From the NCBI RefSeq assembly GCF_000011805.1, contig NC_006840.2: a stretch of 32,000 nucleotides of DNA; one strand, given 5' to 3'. Below are positions 22,451 to 32,000 of this stretch, in pieces. The stretch's first letter is position 1. Every line of letters begins with the position of its first letter. The stretch comes from Aliivibrio fischeri ES114. Lineage in GTDB: Bacteria > Pseudomonadota > Gammaproteobacteria > Enterobacterales > Vibrionaceae. The translations under genes and the position numbers were made by a program. The notes beneath the pieces are model-generated. The model saw nothing but the letters and a program-made list of their open reading frames with translations. It ran no database searches and had not been told where the DNA came from.

Positions 22451-22876
22451 TTAAATTCGCTTCAAAAGAATGAGTAACTCACTGTTATCGGTAAGCATGT
22501 CTTGAATCGTATGTTTATCAAGCTCATCTAAAAACGCTTGCTTTGCTTTCGCTAATGCACCTTTTAAACGACATGCCGGTGTAATATGGCAAAACTCAGG
22601 AGCACAGTTAACCACCTGTAATGGTTCAATAGCTCGAATGACATCACCAATAATGATTTGATCCGCAGGTTTTCCTAAGCAGATCCCGCCATTTTTACCT
22701 CGAATGGTTTTGACATACCCTTCTTGGCCTAATTTGTTAATTATTTTCACCATGTGGTTACGTGATACATCAAAAGTTTCAGTAACCACAGTAATGCTAG
22801 TCAATTCACCTTCTGGTAATGACCCTAAATAAATCAAGGCTCTTAAGCCAAAATCAGTGAAATTTGTTAATTGCAT
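22451..22876 (-). CDS. nsrR: Rrf2-family nitric oxide-sensitive repressor NsrR
   Basis: 141 aa: [21 protein letters not shown]...; Fe-S cysteines in [19 protein letters not shown]. Divergent from hmp. Confidence 0.94.
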
Positions 22877-22920
22877 ATCCTCTCCTTCTCTTTTTTCATT
22901 GTAATTCTTCTCTTGACTAA

Positions 22921-22943
22921 AAGATATATTTTAGATACAACTT
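22921..22943. promoter_or_regulatory. Candidate NsrR binding site in the nsrR-hmp intergenic region
   Basis: AAGATATATTT-T-AGATACAACTT: 11-1-11 inverted repeat resembling the AAGATGYATTT-N-AAATRCATCTT consensus, with a degenerate right arm. Confidence 0.55.
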
Positions 22944-22982
22944 ATAACATACATTATAAATACACCTTTAAAGGTAAACAAT

Positions 22983-24167
22983 ATGCTCAACAAAAACACC
23001 ATTGATATCGTTAAATCAACAATTCCATTACTTGCTGAAACTGGTCCTGCTTTAACTGCGCATTTTTACGATCGCATGTTTACACATAACCCCGAGTTAA
23101 AAGATATTTTTAACATGAGCAATCAACGTAATGGCGACCAACGTGAAGCATTATTTAATGCTATTTGCGCCTATGCAGGGAATATTGAAAATCTTGAAGT
23201 GCTATTACCAGCGGTTGAAAAGATTGCTCATAAGCATACGAGCTTTATGATCACAGCTGAGCAGTACAATATTGTTGGTGGTCACTTACTTGCCACTCTT
23301 GATGAAATGTTTTCCCCTGGACAAGAAGTGTTAGATGCTTGGGGTGAAGCTTATGGCGTTCTCGCAAATGTATTTATTCAACGTGAAGAACAAATATATC
23401 AAGAGAATAACAACCAAGAAGGCGGCTGGCGTGGTCTACGTGAGTTTGAGCTTATTGCAAAAGAAAAAGAGAGTGAGCTAATCACAAGCTTTACCTTTAT
23501 ACCTACAGATGACCAACCTGTCTCTCGCTTTAAACCAGGTCAATATTTAGGGATTTACTTAACTCCTGAAGAATTTGAAAACCAAGAAATTCGTCAGTAC
23601 AGTTTATCTTCTGCCCCACAAGAAAAAACATATCGTATATCAGTAAAACGAGAAGATGGCGGTAAAGCATCAAACTATTTACATGACCAATTGAATATTG
23701 GTGATAAGGTCAATCTTGCTGCCCCTGCTGGTGACTTTTTCTTAGATGTTGAGGCATCAACACCAGTAACACTTATTTCGGCTGGAGTTGGATTAACACC
23801 AACCCTTTCTATGCTTGAAACATTAACAGAGCATAACGCAAACGTGAGCTGGTTACATGCTACAGAAAATGGTACTCAACATGCCTTTAGAGAACATGTA
23901 AATACGTTAGCAGAAGCCCACTCACATATTTCGACTTACACTTGGTATAACCAACCGCAAGAAGTAGATAAGCTAAATCAACATTTTGACTTCTCAGGTT
24001 TTATGAATTTATCTGAAGTTAAAGATGAAATCATTACAGACAATGGCCACTACTATTTCTGTGGACCGGTTGGCTTTATGCAACACGTCGCAAAACAATT
24101 AGTTGAGCTAGGTGTTTCCGAAGACCGTATCCATTACGAATGCTTTGGACCACATAAAGTGCTTTAA
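22983..24167 (+). CDS. hmp: Flavohemoprotein (nitric oxide dioxygenase)
   Basis: 394 aa: globin domain ([40 protein letters not shown]) plus FAD/NAD reductase domain ([34 protein letters not shown]). Confidence 0.97.
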   Translation: MLNKNTIDIVKSTIPLLAETGPALTAHFYDRMFTHNPELKDIFNMSNQRNGDQREALFNAICAYAGNIENLEVLLPAVEKIAHKHTSFMITAEQYNIVGGHLLATLDEMFSPGQEVLDAWGEAYGVLANVFIQREEQIYQENNNQEGGWRGLREFELIAKEKESELITSFTFIPTDDQPVSRFKPGQYLGIYLTPEEFENQEIRQYSLSSAPQEKTYRISVKREDGGKASNYLHDQLNIGDKVNLAAPAGDFFLDVEASTPVTLISAGVGLTPTLSMLETLTEHNANVSWLHATENGTQHAFREHVNTLAEAHSHISTYTWYNQPQEVDKLNQHFDFSGFMNLSEVKDEIITDNGHYYFCGPVGFMQHVAKQLVELGVSEDRIHYECFGPHKVL

Positions 24168-24187
24168 TTTTTATAAAGTAGAAATGC

Positions 24188-24223
24188 AAAAACGCCCAAT
24201 GACATAATCATTGGGCGTTTTTT
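24188..24223 (+). terminator. Rho-independent terminator of hmp
   Basis: AAAAACGCCCAATGA-CATAA-TCATTGGGCGTTTTTT. Confidence 0.9.
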
Positions 24224-24268
24224 CGAGTTGATGAAACTCAATCGACTAAAATGAATCTTCTTTCAGGT

Positions 24269-24901
24269 TTACCAGAAAGTGTCGCGGCGCTTAGCCCTAG
24301 CGATCACATTGCCAGGCATACGCATTTCTAATCCACTTCTTAAATTAGCAATTCGCTTATGTTTACGTCCATCAGCAGTAACAGAATTATACAGCCAACG
24401 ATACGCATCTTCGTAGTCTAATGGACTACCATAATCGCTAAGTAGCAATTCAGCTAAATGAATACGCGCATTAATGTTTCCCATGCCTGCAGCTTCACGC
24501 AAGTATGGAATTGCTCGCTCTCTATCCTGCTGAACTAATGTACCTTTGGCATAATAACGGCCAATTTGCTCTAACGCAGCTGGTAAGCCTTGTCTCGCAG
24601 CATTTTCCATATAATACAGGCCAAGTTCGACATCACGATCAACACATACACCCCATGCAAGCATATCTCCGTAAAGGAACTCATAAGCAGGTGAATCGAT
24701 TTTAGTTGCTCGCGCAACGATATCTTGAACTAACTGACAATTATCAACGTTCTTCACCTGATTTAAGTGTGAATTGGTATCAAACAGTCGAAATAATTGG
24801 TTTTCGGTATAAATTGGGATCGGCTCTCCGATCTCTTCGCTAGCTGCATACATTGGCGCAAATGCCACCAAACATGCCGCTACGAGGTGTCGTAGTTTCA
24901 T
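24269..24901 (-). CDS. motX: Sodium-type polar flagellar motor protein MotX (Sel1-like repeats)
   Basis: 210 aa with a signal peptide and Sel1-like repeats (YYMENAARQGLPAALEQIGRYYAKG, AIPYLREAAGMGNINARIHLAELLL). Located next to purA, as in vibrios. Confidence 0.85.
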   Translation of the reverse strand: MKLRHLVAACLVAFAPMYAASEEIGEPIPIYTENQLFRLFDTNSHLNQVKNVDNCQLVQDIVARATKIDSPAYEFLYGDMLAWGVCVDRDVELGLYYMENAARQGLPAALEQIGRYYAKGTLVQQDRERAIPYLREAAGMGNINARIHLAELLLSDYGSPLDYEDAYRWLYNSVTADGRKHKRIANLRSGLEMRMPGNVIARAKRRDTFW

Positions 24902-24978
24902 AATTCATCAACTCTTTATAACTGTATTTATTATATCGACGTTGGCGGCAACATCTTTAGACAAAATTTGCCCTAAGT

Positions 24979-24994
24979 GGCAATTTTTTGCCCA
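24979..24994 (-). promoter_or_regulatory. Candidate sigma-54 (RpoN) promoter for motX
   Basis: Minus strand TGGGCAAAAAATTGCC: GG and GC doublets at -24/-12 spacing versus TGGCACG-N4-TTGCW, but the bases after TGG deviate from consensus. Confidence 0.4.
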
Positions 24995-25053
24995 CTAGAT
25001 ATAAGTGATTGATTCAACGATATTTGAGTATTTGATGGGGGCAGAGATAGGGG

Positions 25054-25099
25054 CTAGGGATCAGAAACTAGGGATCAGAAACTAGGGACTAGAAACTGG
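25054..25099. repeat. 14-bp tandem repeat, about 3.3 copies
   Basis: CTAGGGATCAGAAA / CTAGGGATCAGAAA / CTAGGGACTAGAAA / CTGG. Confidence 0.9.
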
Positions 25100-25111
25100 A
25101 ATACCAGACAT

Positions 25112-25141
25112 AAAAAAACCAGCTACATGAGCTGGTTTTTC
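25112..25141 (-). terminator. Rho-independent terminator of purA
   Basis: AAAAACCAGCT-ACATG-AGCTGGTTTTT flanked by an A-run and a T-run (could act in both directions). Confidence 0.88.
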
Positions 25142-25158
25142 TTTCATTCACTAAGCGA

Positions 25159-26496
<1,338 letters not shown>

Positions 26497-26652
26497 TTAA
26501 AAATGGATTCTAGCATTGATAGAAAAATCTTTCAGTTATTTTTAACCGAAATCTCACTTTCACTATAAAGCGCTATTAATATTCCGTTATTTATTATTTC
26601 TTTTTCTAATAAAATCAGAAATTAGCCTGTGATTTTATATTTAAGAAAAAAA

Positions 26653-26844
26653 TCAAAGCATCACACTACAAATAACAAGCCCTGCGACGACTAAACATCC
26701 ACCAATTCGACGCAGCGTATTATCCGGTTGCTCACTCAATTGAGCGACCATATTACGCCAACCATTAGGGGCAATTAATGGTCCCAACCCCTCAACAATT
26801 AACACCATACCAATCGCTAACCAAATTGTGTTACTCATTGCCAA
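26653..26844 (-). CDS. DUF2065/YjeT-like small membrane protein
   Basis: 63 aa, two hydrophobic segments (TIWLAIGMVLIVEGLGPLIAPNGWRNMV...RRIGGCLVVAGLVICSVML), located between purA and hflC as in related genomes. Confidence 0.8.
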   Translation of the reverse strand: MAMSNTIWLAIGMVLIVEGLGPLIAPNGWRNMVAQLSEQPDNTLRRIGGCLVVAGLVICSVML

Positions 26845-26935
26845 TCCTTAATTCGATTCAATTTCTATACGCTAAATACAAAACAAGGCCCCGAAGGACC
26901 TTGTTATTTTATACGTTAATTAAACAAATGAATGT

Positions 26936-27820
26936 TTACTTTCCGCCTTTTGAATCATTCATGTACTTAAAGAAGTCAGTCTTAGGATCAAGTACTAAGA
27001 TATCACTCTTACTGTTGAATGATTTTTCATACGCTCTTAATGAACGAATGAAGCTAAAGAACTCAGGCTCTTTATTAAATGCATCTGCATACAATTTAGC
27101 GACTTTTGCGTCCGCATTACCACGAGTAATTCGTGCTGTTTTATCTGCTTCAGCAATAATTGTCGCTACTTCAAGTTCTGATTGAGCACGAATTACTTCG
27201 GCTTTCTCACGACCTTGGGAACGTAGTTTACGAGCAACGGCTTCACGCTCTGCACGCATACGACGGTAAATAGATTCAGAGATTTCTTCTGGTAAGTTGA
27301 TTTTCTTAATTCGTAAATCAATTACCTCAATCCCTAAATCGCCCGTTCCATCTTGCGAGTCTAGAAGTACGGTATTCATTACTTCTTCACGTTTTTCAGA
27401 AACAAGCTCTTTTACTGTCGTGCTACCAATCTCAGCACGTAAACCATCAGATACACGGCGTTGTAATAACGCTTCCGCCGTTAGGATATTACCACCACCT
27501 GTTGCTAGGTAGAATTGACCAAAGTCTTTAATCTTCCACTTAACATATGAGTCGATGATAACGTCTTTTTTCTCTGACGTTACGAAACGGTCTGATTGAT
27601 CATCCATTGTTTGAATACGAGCATCTAACGTGTTTACACGATCGAACAGTGGCATTTTAAAGTGCAGACCAGGTTCGTAAATACGTGTAATGTTGTTATC
27701 TTCTTTAATCAAACGACCAAAACGAGTAACAATACCGCGCTCACCTTCTGGAATCACAAACAGTGACATCAGGAAAATAGCAACAACAACGATAAGTGTT
27801 GGGATCATTAACTTACGCAT
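26936..27820 (-). CDS. hflC: HflC, modulator of FtsH protease (SPFH/Band 7 protein)
   Basis: 294 aa: VIPEGERGIVTRFGRLIKE, QLVEREAVARKLRSQGREKAE-type region, adjacent to hflK. Confidence 0.96.
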   Translation of the reverse strand: MRKLMIPTLIVVVAIFLMSLFVIPEGERGIVTRFGRLIKEDNNITRIYEPGLHFKMPLFDRVNTLDARIQTMDDQSDRFVTSEKKDVIIDSYVKWKIKDFGQFYLATGGGNILTAEALLQRRVSDGLRAEIGSTTVKELVSEKREEVMNTVLLDSQDGTGDLGIEVIDLRIKKINLPEEISESIYRRMRAEREAVARKLRSQGREKAEVIRAQSELEVATIIAEADKTARITRGNADAKVAKLYADAFNKEPEFFSFIRSLRAYEKSFNSKSDILVLDPKTDFFKYMNDSKGGK

Positions 27821-27822
27821 GA

Positions 27823-29028
27823 TTAATATCTCCCTTCACGTGTTGAGTTACGGCCAGTAGAGTTCGTAGTAGTTGGTTGGTTCTTTTTCTCTAATTCAAT
27901 CGTGTAATCTTTTGAAGACGATGTTGACGTCTTAGGAGATACGTTTGTCGCTCCTTGTTGATTACCCGTAATTTTATCTAATGGAAGGTATAAAAGATTT
28001 CCATTTGATTCTGAATCGATCAAAACCTTACTTGTATTGCTGTATACACGTTCCATAGTATCAAGGTACAAACGAGTACGAGTTACTTCTGGCGCTTTAT
28101 TGTATTCAGGCAATAGTTTTTCAAACTGTGCAATTTGACCAATTGCTTCGTTAACTTTACGTTCAGTATAACCTTGAGCTTCTTTCTTCAAACGTTCAGC
28201 ACGACCTGTCGCTTTTGGAAGAATGTCATTACTGTACGCTTCAGCTTCACGAATGAAACGCTCTTCATCTTCTCGAGCTGCAATTGCATCATCAAATGAC
28301 GCTTTTACTTGTTCAGGTGGACGAGCTGATTGGAAGTTCACATCAACGACAATTAAACCCATGTCGTATTTATCAATAATACGATTCAGTGTTTCTTGAG
28401 TACGTTGACGGATCTCTTGACGACCACTGGTCAAGATGTCATCCATTTTTGCATCACCAATAACAGCACGTAATGCAGAATCTGTCGCTTGACGTAAGCT
28501 GTCATCAGCATTCGTTACGGTATAAAGATATTTATGAGCATCAGCAACACGGTATTGAACACCCATCTCAACAGTAACTACGTTTTCATCTTTCGTTAGC
28601 ATTAAACCTTTTGAGTTTAAAGAACGAATAGACTGAATGTTTACTGGTGTCACTTGATCAATAAAGGTTGGTTTCCAGTTTAGACCTGGATCAACCATAC
28701 GATCGTATTGGCCAAAACGTAATACAACGCCTCGGTCACTTTCACCAATAGTATAGAAACCAGAGAATACCCAAATCGCAATAGCGACAACTGCAATTAG
28801 TCCTAAACCAACTGCGCCACCATTACCAAATGAAGGTAAACCACTGCCACCTTTATTGTTTCCACCGTTATTACCACCACCAAACTTACCGCTTAGCTTC
28901 TGGCTTAACTTGTTAAACACCTCATCAAGATCTGGTGGACCTTGATCACGGCCACCGCGATTTTTATTACCCCAAGGGTCTTTATCGCCGCCGTTATTGT
29001 TGTTATTTCCAGGCTCATTCCACGCCAT
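27823..29028 (-). CDS. hflK: HflK, modulator of FtsH protease
   Basis: 401 aa: MAWNEPGNNNNNGGDKDPWG Gly/Asn-rich N-terminus, then SPFH domain (GLMLTKDENVVTVEMGVQYRV). Confidence 0.97.
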   Translation of the reverse strand: MAWNEPGNNNNNGGDKDPWGNKNRGGRDQGPPDLDEVFNKLSQKLSGKFGGGNNGGNNKGGSGLPSFGNGGAVGLGLIAVVAIAIWVFSGFYTIGESDRGVVLRFGQYDRMVDPGLNWKPTFIDQVTPVNIQSIRSLNSKGLMLTKDENVVTVEMGVQYRVADAHKYLYTVTNADDSLRQATDSALRAVIGDAKMDDILTSGRQEIRQRTQETLNRIIDKYDMGLIVVDVNFQSARPPEQVKASFDDAIAAREDEERFIREAEAYSNDILPKATGRAERLKKEAQGYTERKVNEAIGQIAQFEKLLPEYNKAPEVTRTRLYLDTMERVYSNTSKVLIDSESNGNLLYLPLDKITGNQQGATNVSPKTSTSSSKDYTIELEKKNQPTTTNSTGRNSTREGRY

Positions 29029-29064
29029 TAGAAAACTCCATGATAATTATGAAGATAAAGAATT

Positions 29065-30366
29065 CTATGCACTCTCTTTAGTAATAATAAAATCACTTAA
29101 GGGAGCATCTTCACGTTTTTCCAACTTAGACCAATCAACTTGCTGCATACGTACATCAACCAGCAAACTGCCATCATCTTGATATTCTTCGTTAAGAATA
29201 CATTGCATTTGAAAGAATTTACTTCGAAGACGTCCAACCCAATCAGGCGGTAAAAGCAAAGAATGCTCAACCATCTGTCCAGATAAGCGCTCTGTTAATG
29301 CTTGGAATAATAACTCTATGCCTTTGCCTTCCATCGCGGAAACCCAAACACATCGAGGTATACCTTCCTCATCACGCTCAATTCGTGGTTGTTGATCTTC
29401 TAAGTTATCAATCTTATTCATTACAAGAAGAGTCGGTACCTCATTGGCATCTATCTCTTCAAGAACAATATCTACTGCTTCAATATTCTCACGAAAACGT
29501 TCATCACTCGCATCTACAACATGTAACAAGATATTAGCTTCTTGTGTTTCTTGTAATGTCGCTTTAAAAGCGGCAACCAAATCATGTGGTAAATGACGAA
29601 TAAAACCTACCGTATCAGCAAGAATTGAGGTTCCTACATCGGCAACTTCTATTTTTCGTAATGTTGGATCCAAGGTCGCAAACAATTGGTCAGCAGCATA
29701 AACCCCAGCCTCTGTAATTCGATTAAACAACGTAGATTTACCTGCGTTGGTGTAACCGACTAAAGAAATGGTTGGAATTTCTGCACGGTGTCGAGCTCGA
29801 CGCCCTTGCTCACGTTGTTTAGCTACTTTGCCTAACCTACGAAGAATCGCTTTAATACGTTCACGCAACAATCGTCTATCAGTCTCTAACTGAGTCTCAC
29901 CTGGACCACGTAAACCTATACCGCCTTTTTGACGTTCAAGGTGAGTCCAACCACGGATTAATCGCGTAGAGATATGACGTAATTGTGCTAACTCAACTTG
30001 CAACTTACCTTCGTAAGTTCGTGCTCGTTGAGCAAATATATCCAGTATTAGACCCGTACGATCTATTACTCGACACTGACATAATTGTTCTAAATTTCGT
30101 TCTTGAGCCGGAGATAATGCGTGATTAAAAATCACGATATCTGCGTTATTAGCTCGAACAGCATCGGCAATTTCTTGTGCCTTGCCTTCACCAACATAAT
30201 ATTTAGGGAGTGGAGATTGACGGGTTCCCGTCACAACACCTACTGTGTTTACCCCCGCAGAAGAAATTAACATTTTACATTCGTTAAGATCTTCAATCTC
30301 CCCTTGATAGGTAAAGTCAATGTGCACAAGAATAGCCTGTTCACCGGATTCATAACGGTCAAACAA
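29065..30366 (-). CDS. hflX: Ribosome-associated GTPase HflX
   Basis: 433 aa: GPGETQLETDRR, G1 motif LVGYTNAGKSTLFNR, DTVGFIRHLPHDLV, NKID. Confidence 0.97.
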   Translation of the reverse strand: MFDRYESGEQAILVHIDFTYQGEIEDLNECKMLISSAGVNTVGVVTGTRQSPLPKYYVGEGKAQEIADAVRANNADIVIFNHALSPAQERNLEQLCQCRVIDRTGLILDIFAQRARTYEGKLQVELAQLRHISTRLIRGWTHLERQKGGIGLRGPGETQLETDRRLLRERIKAILRRLGKVAKQREQGRRARHRAEIPTISLVGYTNAGKSTLFNRITEAGVYAADQLFATLDPTLRKIEVADVGTSILADTVGFIRHLPHDLVAAFKATLQETQEANILLHVVDASDERFRENIEAVDIVLEEIDANEVPTLLVMNKIDNLEDQQPRIERDEEGIPRCVWVSAMEGKGIELLFQALTERLSGQMVEHSLLLPPDWVGRLRSKFFQMQCILNEEYQDDGSLLVDVRMQQVDWSKLEKREDAPLSDFIITKESA

Positions 30367-30405
30367 GCGTTAACTCCTTAACTGATTAACTATTCTAGAA
30401 TAGTA

Positions 30406-30705
<300 letters not shown>

Positions 30706-30776
30706 TTATTTAGCTATGAGCCTTTAGCTTATGACTAAACGCACTTAAGTTAAACAACATTGAAGCATTTTTGTGC

Positions 30777-31709
30777 TTATTTTTTCTCTAATTGAGTCGA
30801 AATCAACTCTAAAGCGCCGTCAATGTCATCACTATCAAGCCAAGTTAACTCTTTCCAGCTACGTAGCCAGGTAATTTGTCGCTTGGCTAATTGACGAGTA
30901 GCACAGATACCACGGAAAACCGCCTCATCCAATGTCCCCTCCCCGTCAAAATAGTCCCACATTTGTCGATAACCAACACATCGAATTGATGGTAAATCAG
31001 CATGAAGATCATCACGTTCATACAATGCTCGTGCTTCTGCTTCAAACCCTTCTTCCATCATATTCGCAAAGCGAAGTTCAATACGACGATGAATTTCTGC
31101 TCTCTCTTTCGGTGCAATCGCAAATTGATGCACCTCATAAGGCAAAGCATCACCTTTAATCTGGGTTAATTCTGTTAATGTTTTACCCGAAATTCGAAAT
31201 ACTTCCAACGCTCGGGAAAGTCGTTGTGGATCATTTGGATGAATTCTTTCAGCTGAGACAGGATCAATCGTTTTTAATTGATCATGCATCGCTTCCCATC
31301 CAAATTGTTCCGCTTCTTGCTCAATTTGAGCTCTAATGTCAGCATCCGCTGCTGGTAATGGCGAAAGACCTTCAAGTAATGCTTTGTAGTACAACATCGT
31401 ACCACCCACTAACAATGGGATCTTTCCTTGAGCAACGATATCATCCATCTCTTTAAGAGCATCACGACGAAAATCCGCTGCCGAATAACTCTCTGTTGGA
31501 TCAAGAATATCAATAAGACGATGAGGAGCCTGTAAAAGTTCCTCTGCATTTGGTTTTGCCGTACCAATATCCATACCCTTATAGATAAGGGCGGAGTCTA
31601 CGCTAATCAACTCCACAGGAAAACGTTTTCGCAATTCAATTGCTAAGTTTGTTTTCCCTGACGCTGTTGGTCCCATCAAAAAGATGGCTTTTGGTAATGG
31701 TTTATTCAT
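30777..31709 (-). CDS. miaA: tRNA dimethylallyltransferase
   Basis: 310 aa: [56 protein letters not shown]. Confidence 0.97.
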   Translation of the reverse strand: MNKPLPKAIFLMGPTASGKTNLAIELRKRFPVELISVDSALIYKGMDIGTAKPNAEELLQAPHRLIDILDPTESYSAADFRRDALKEMDDIVAQGKIPLLVGGTMLYYKALLEGLSPLPAADADIRAQIEQEAEQFGWEAMHDQLKTIDPVSAERIHPNDPQRLSRALEVFRISGKTLTELTQIKGDALPYEVHQFAIAPKERAEIHRRIELRFANMMEEGFEAEARALYERDDLHADLPSIRCVGYRQMWDYFDGEGTLDEAVFRGICATRQLAKRQITWLRSWKELTWLDSDDIDGALELISTQLEKK

Positions 31710-32000
31710 GACTAAATGCTTGTATCACTTGTGTAATATCGATGTCTTTTAATAATTTAGGGTAGAAATTATTCAATTCATCTCCCCATAATTGCTCTAA
31801 TTCCATCACTAATTGAATAGCTTGAGCAGTAGTATAACTTACTTCATCATGTTGAATTTGATGAGAAAGCCATTTTATTACTTGCTCTAATGATGGATTA
31901 ATTTGTTCTAGATACCTTAACAGATTCGGGATCAATTGTTGTAAGTTCTGCTGTCTGATTGGTTGACAAACAGCCATTACGATAATATTTGTTCTATTTT
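31702..32000 (-). CDS. mutL: DNA mismatch repair protein MutL, C-terminal fragment running off the right edge
   Basis: The frame of the 91-aa ORF stays open upstream to the edge (...[32 protein letters not shown]...). LRQQNLQxLIPxLxxYL is the MutL C-terminal region. The stop overlaps the miaA start by 8 bp. Confidence 0.85.
   Translation of the reverse strand, partial: NRTNIIVMAVCQPIRQQNLQQLIPNLLRYLEQINPSLEQVIKWLSHQIQHDEVSYTTAQAIQLVMELEQLWGDELNNFYPKLLKDIDITQVIQAFSHE

Noticed and set aside
26778-27185. 135-aa plus-strand ORF
   Set aside because: Antisense to the DUF2065-like ORF 5' end and hflC; low-complexity composition and no recognisable motif.
31702-31977. Standalone 91-aa novel gene next to miaA
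   Set aside because: The frame remains open to the window edge and the sequence matches the MutL C-terminus, so it is a truncated mutL and not a new small gene.

Overview
This 32-kb window has the gene content and order of a Vibrionaceae (Vibrio/Aliivibrio-like) housekeeping chromosome segment. From left to right: the 5' edge of pilM; divergent mrcA (PBP1A); oxyR divergent from a peroxiredoxin-glutaredoxin fusion, followed by a dihydrolipoamide-dehydrogenase-like flavoprotein and a small Cys-rich membrane protein; argH(A)/argG/argB/argC divergent from argE; ppc; metF; the rpsF-(priB)-rpsR-rplI ribosomal operon; rlmB, rnr and nsrR divergent from hmp; motX; purA; a DUF2065-like ORF; hflC/hflK/hflX/hfq/miaA; and the 3' end of mutL. 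I see no mobile element, CRISPR array, defence island or obviously novel multigene system. The most notable observation is that priB, expected between rpsF and rpsR, is recognisable but split across three reading frames by two apparent single-base insertions. Secondary items are a conserved redox cluster whose reductase ends in a Cys-rich tail, an ArgH-GNAT fusion, regulatory sites in the divergent intergenic regions, a probable S6:S18-type leader, a 14-bp tandem repeat before the purA terminator, and an unexplained inverted repeat between argE and ppc. All homology calls were made by recognition, with no database search.
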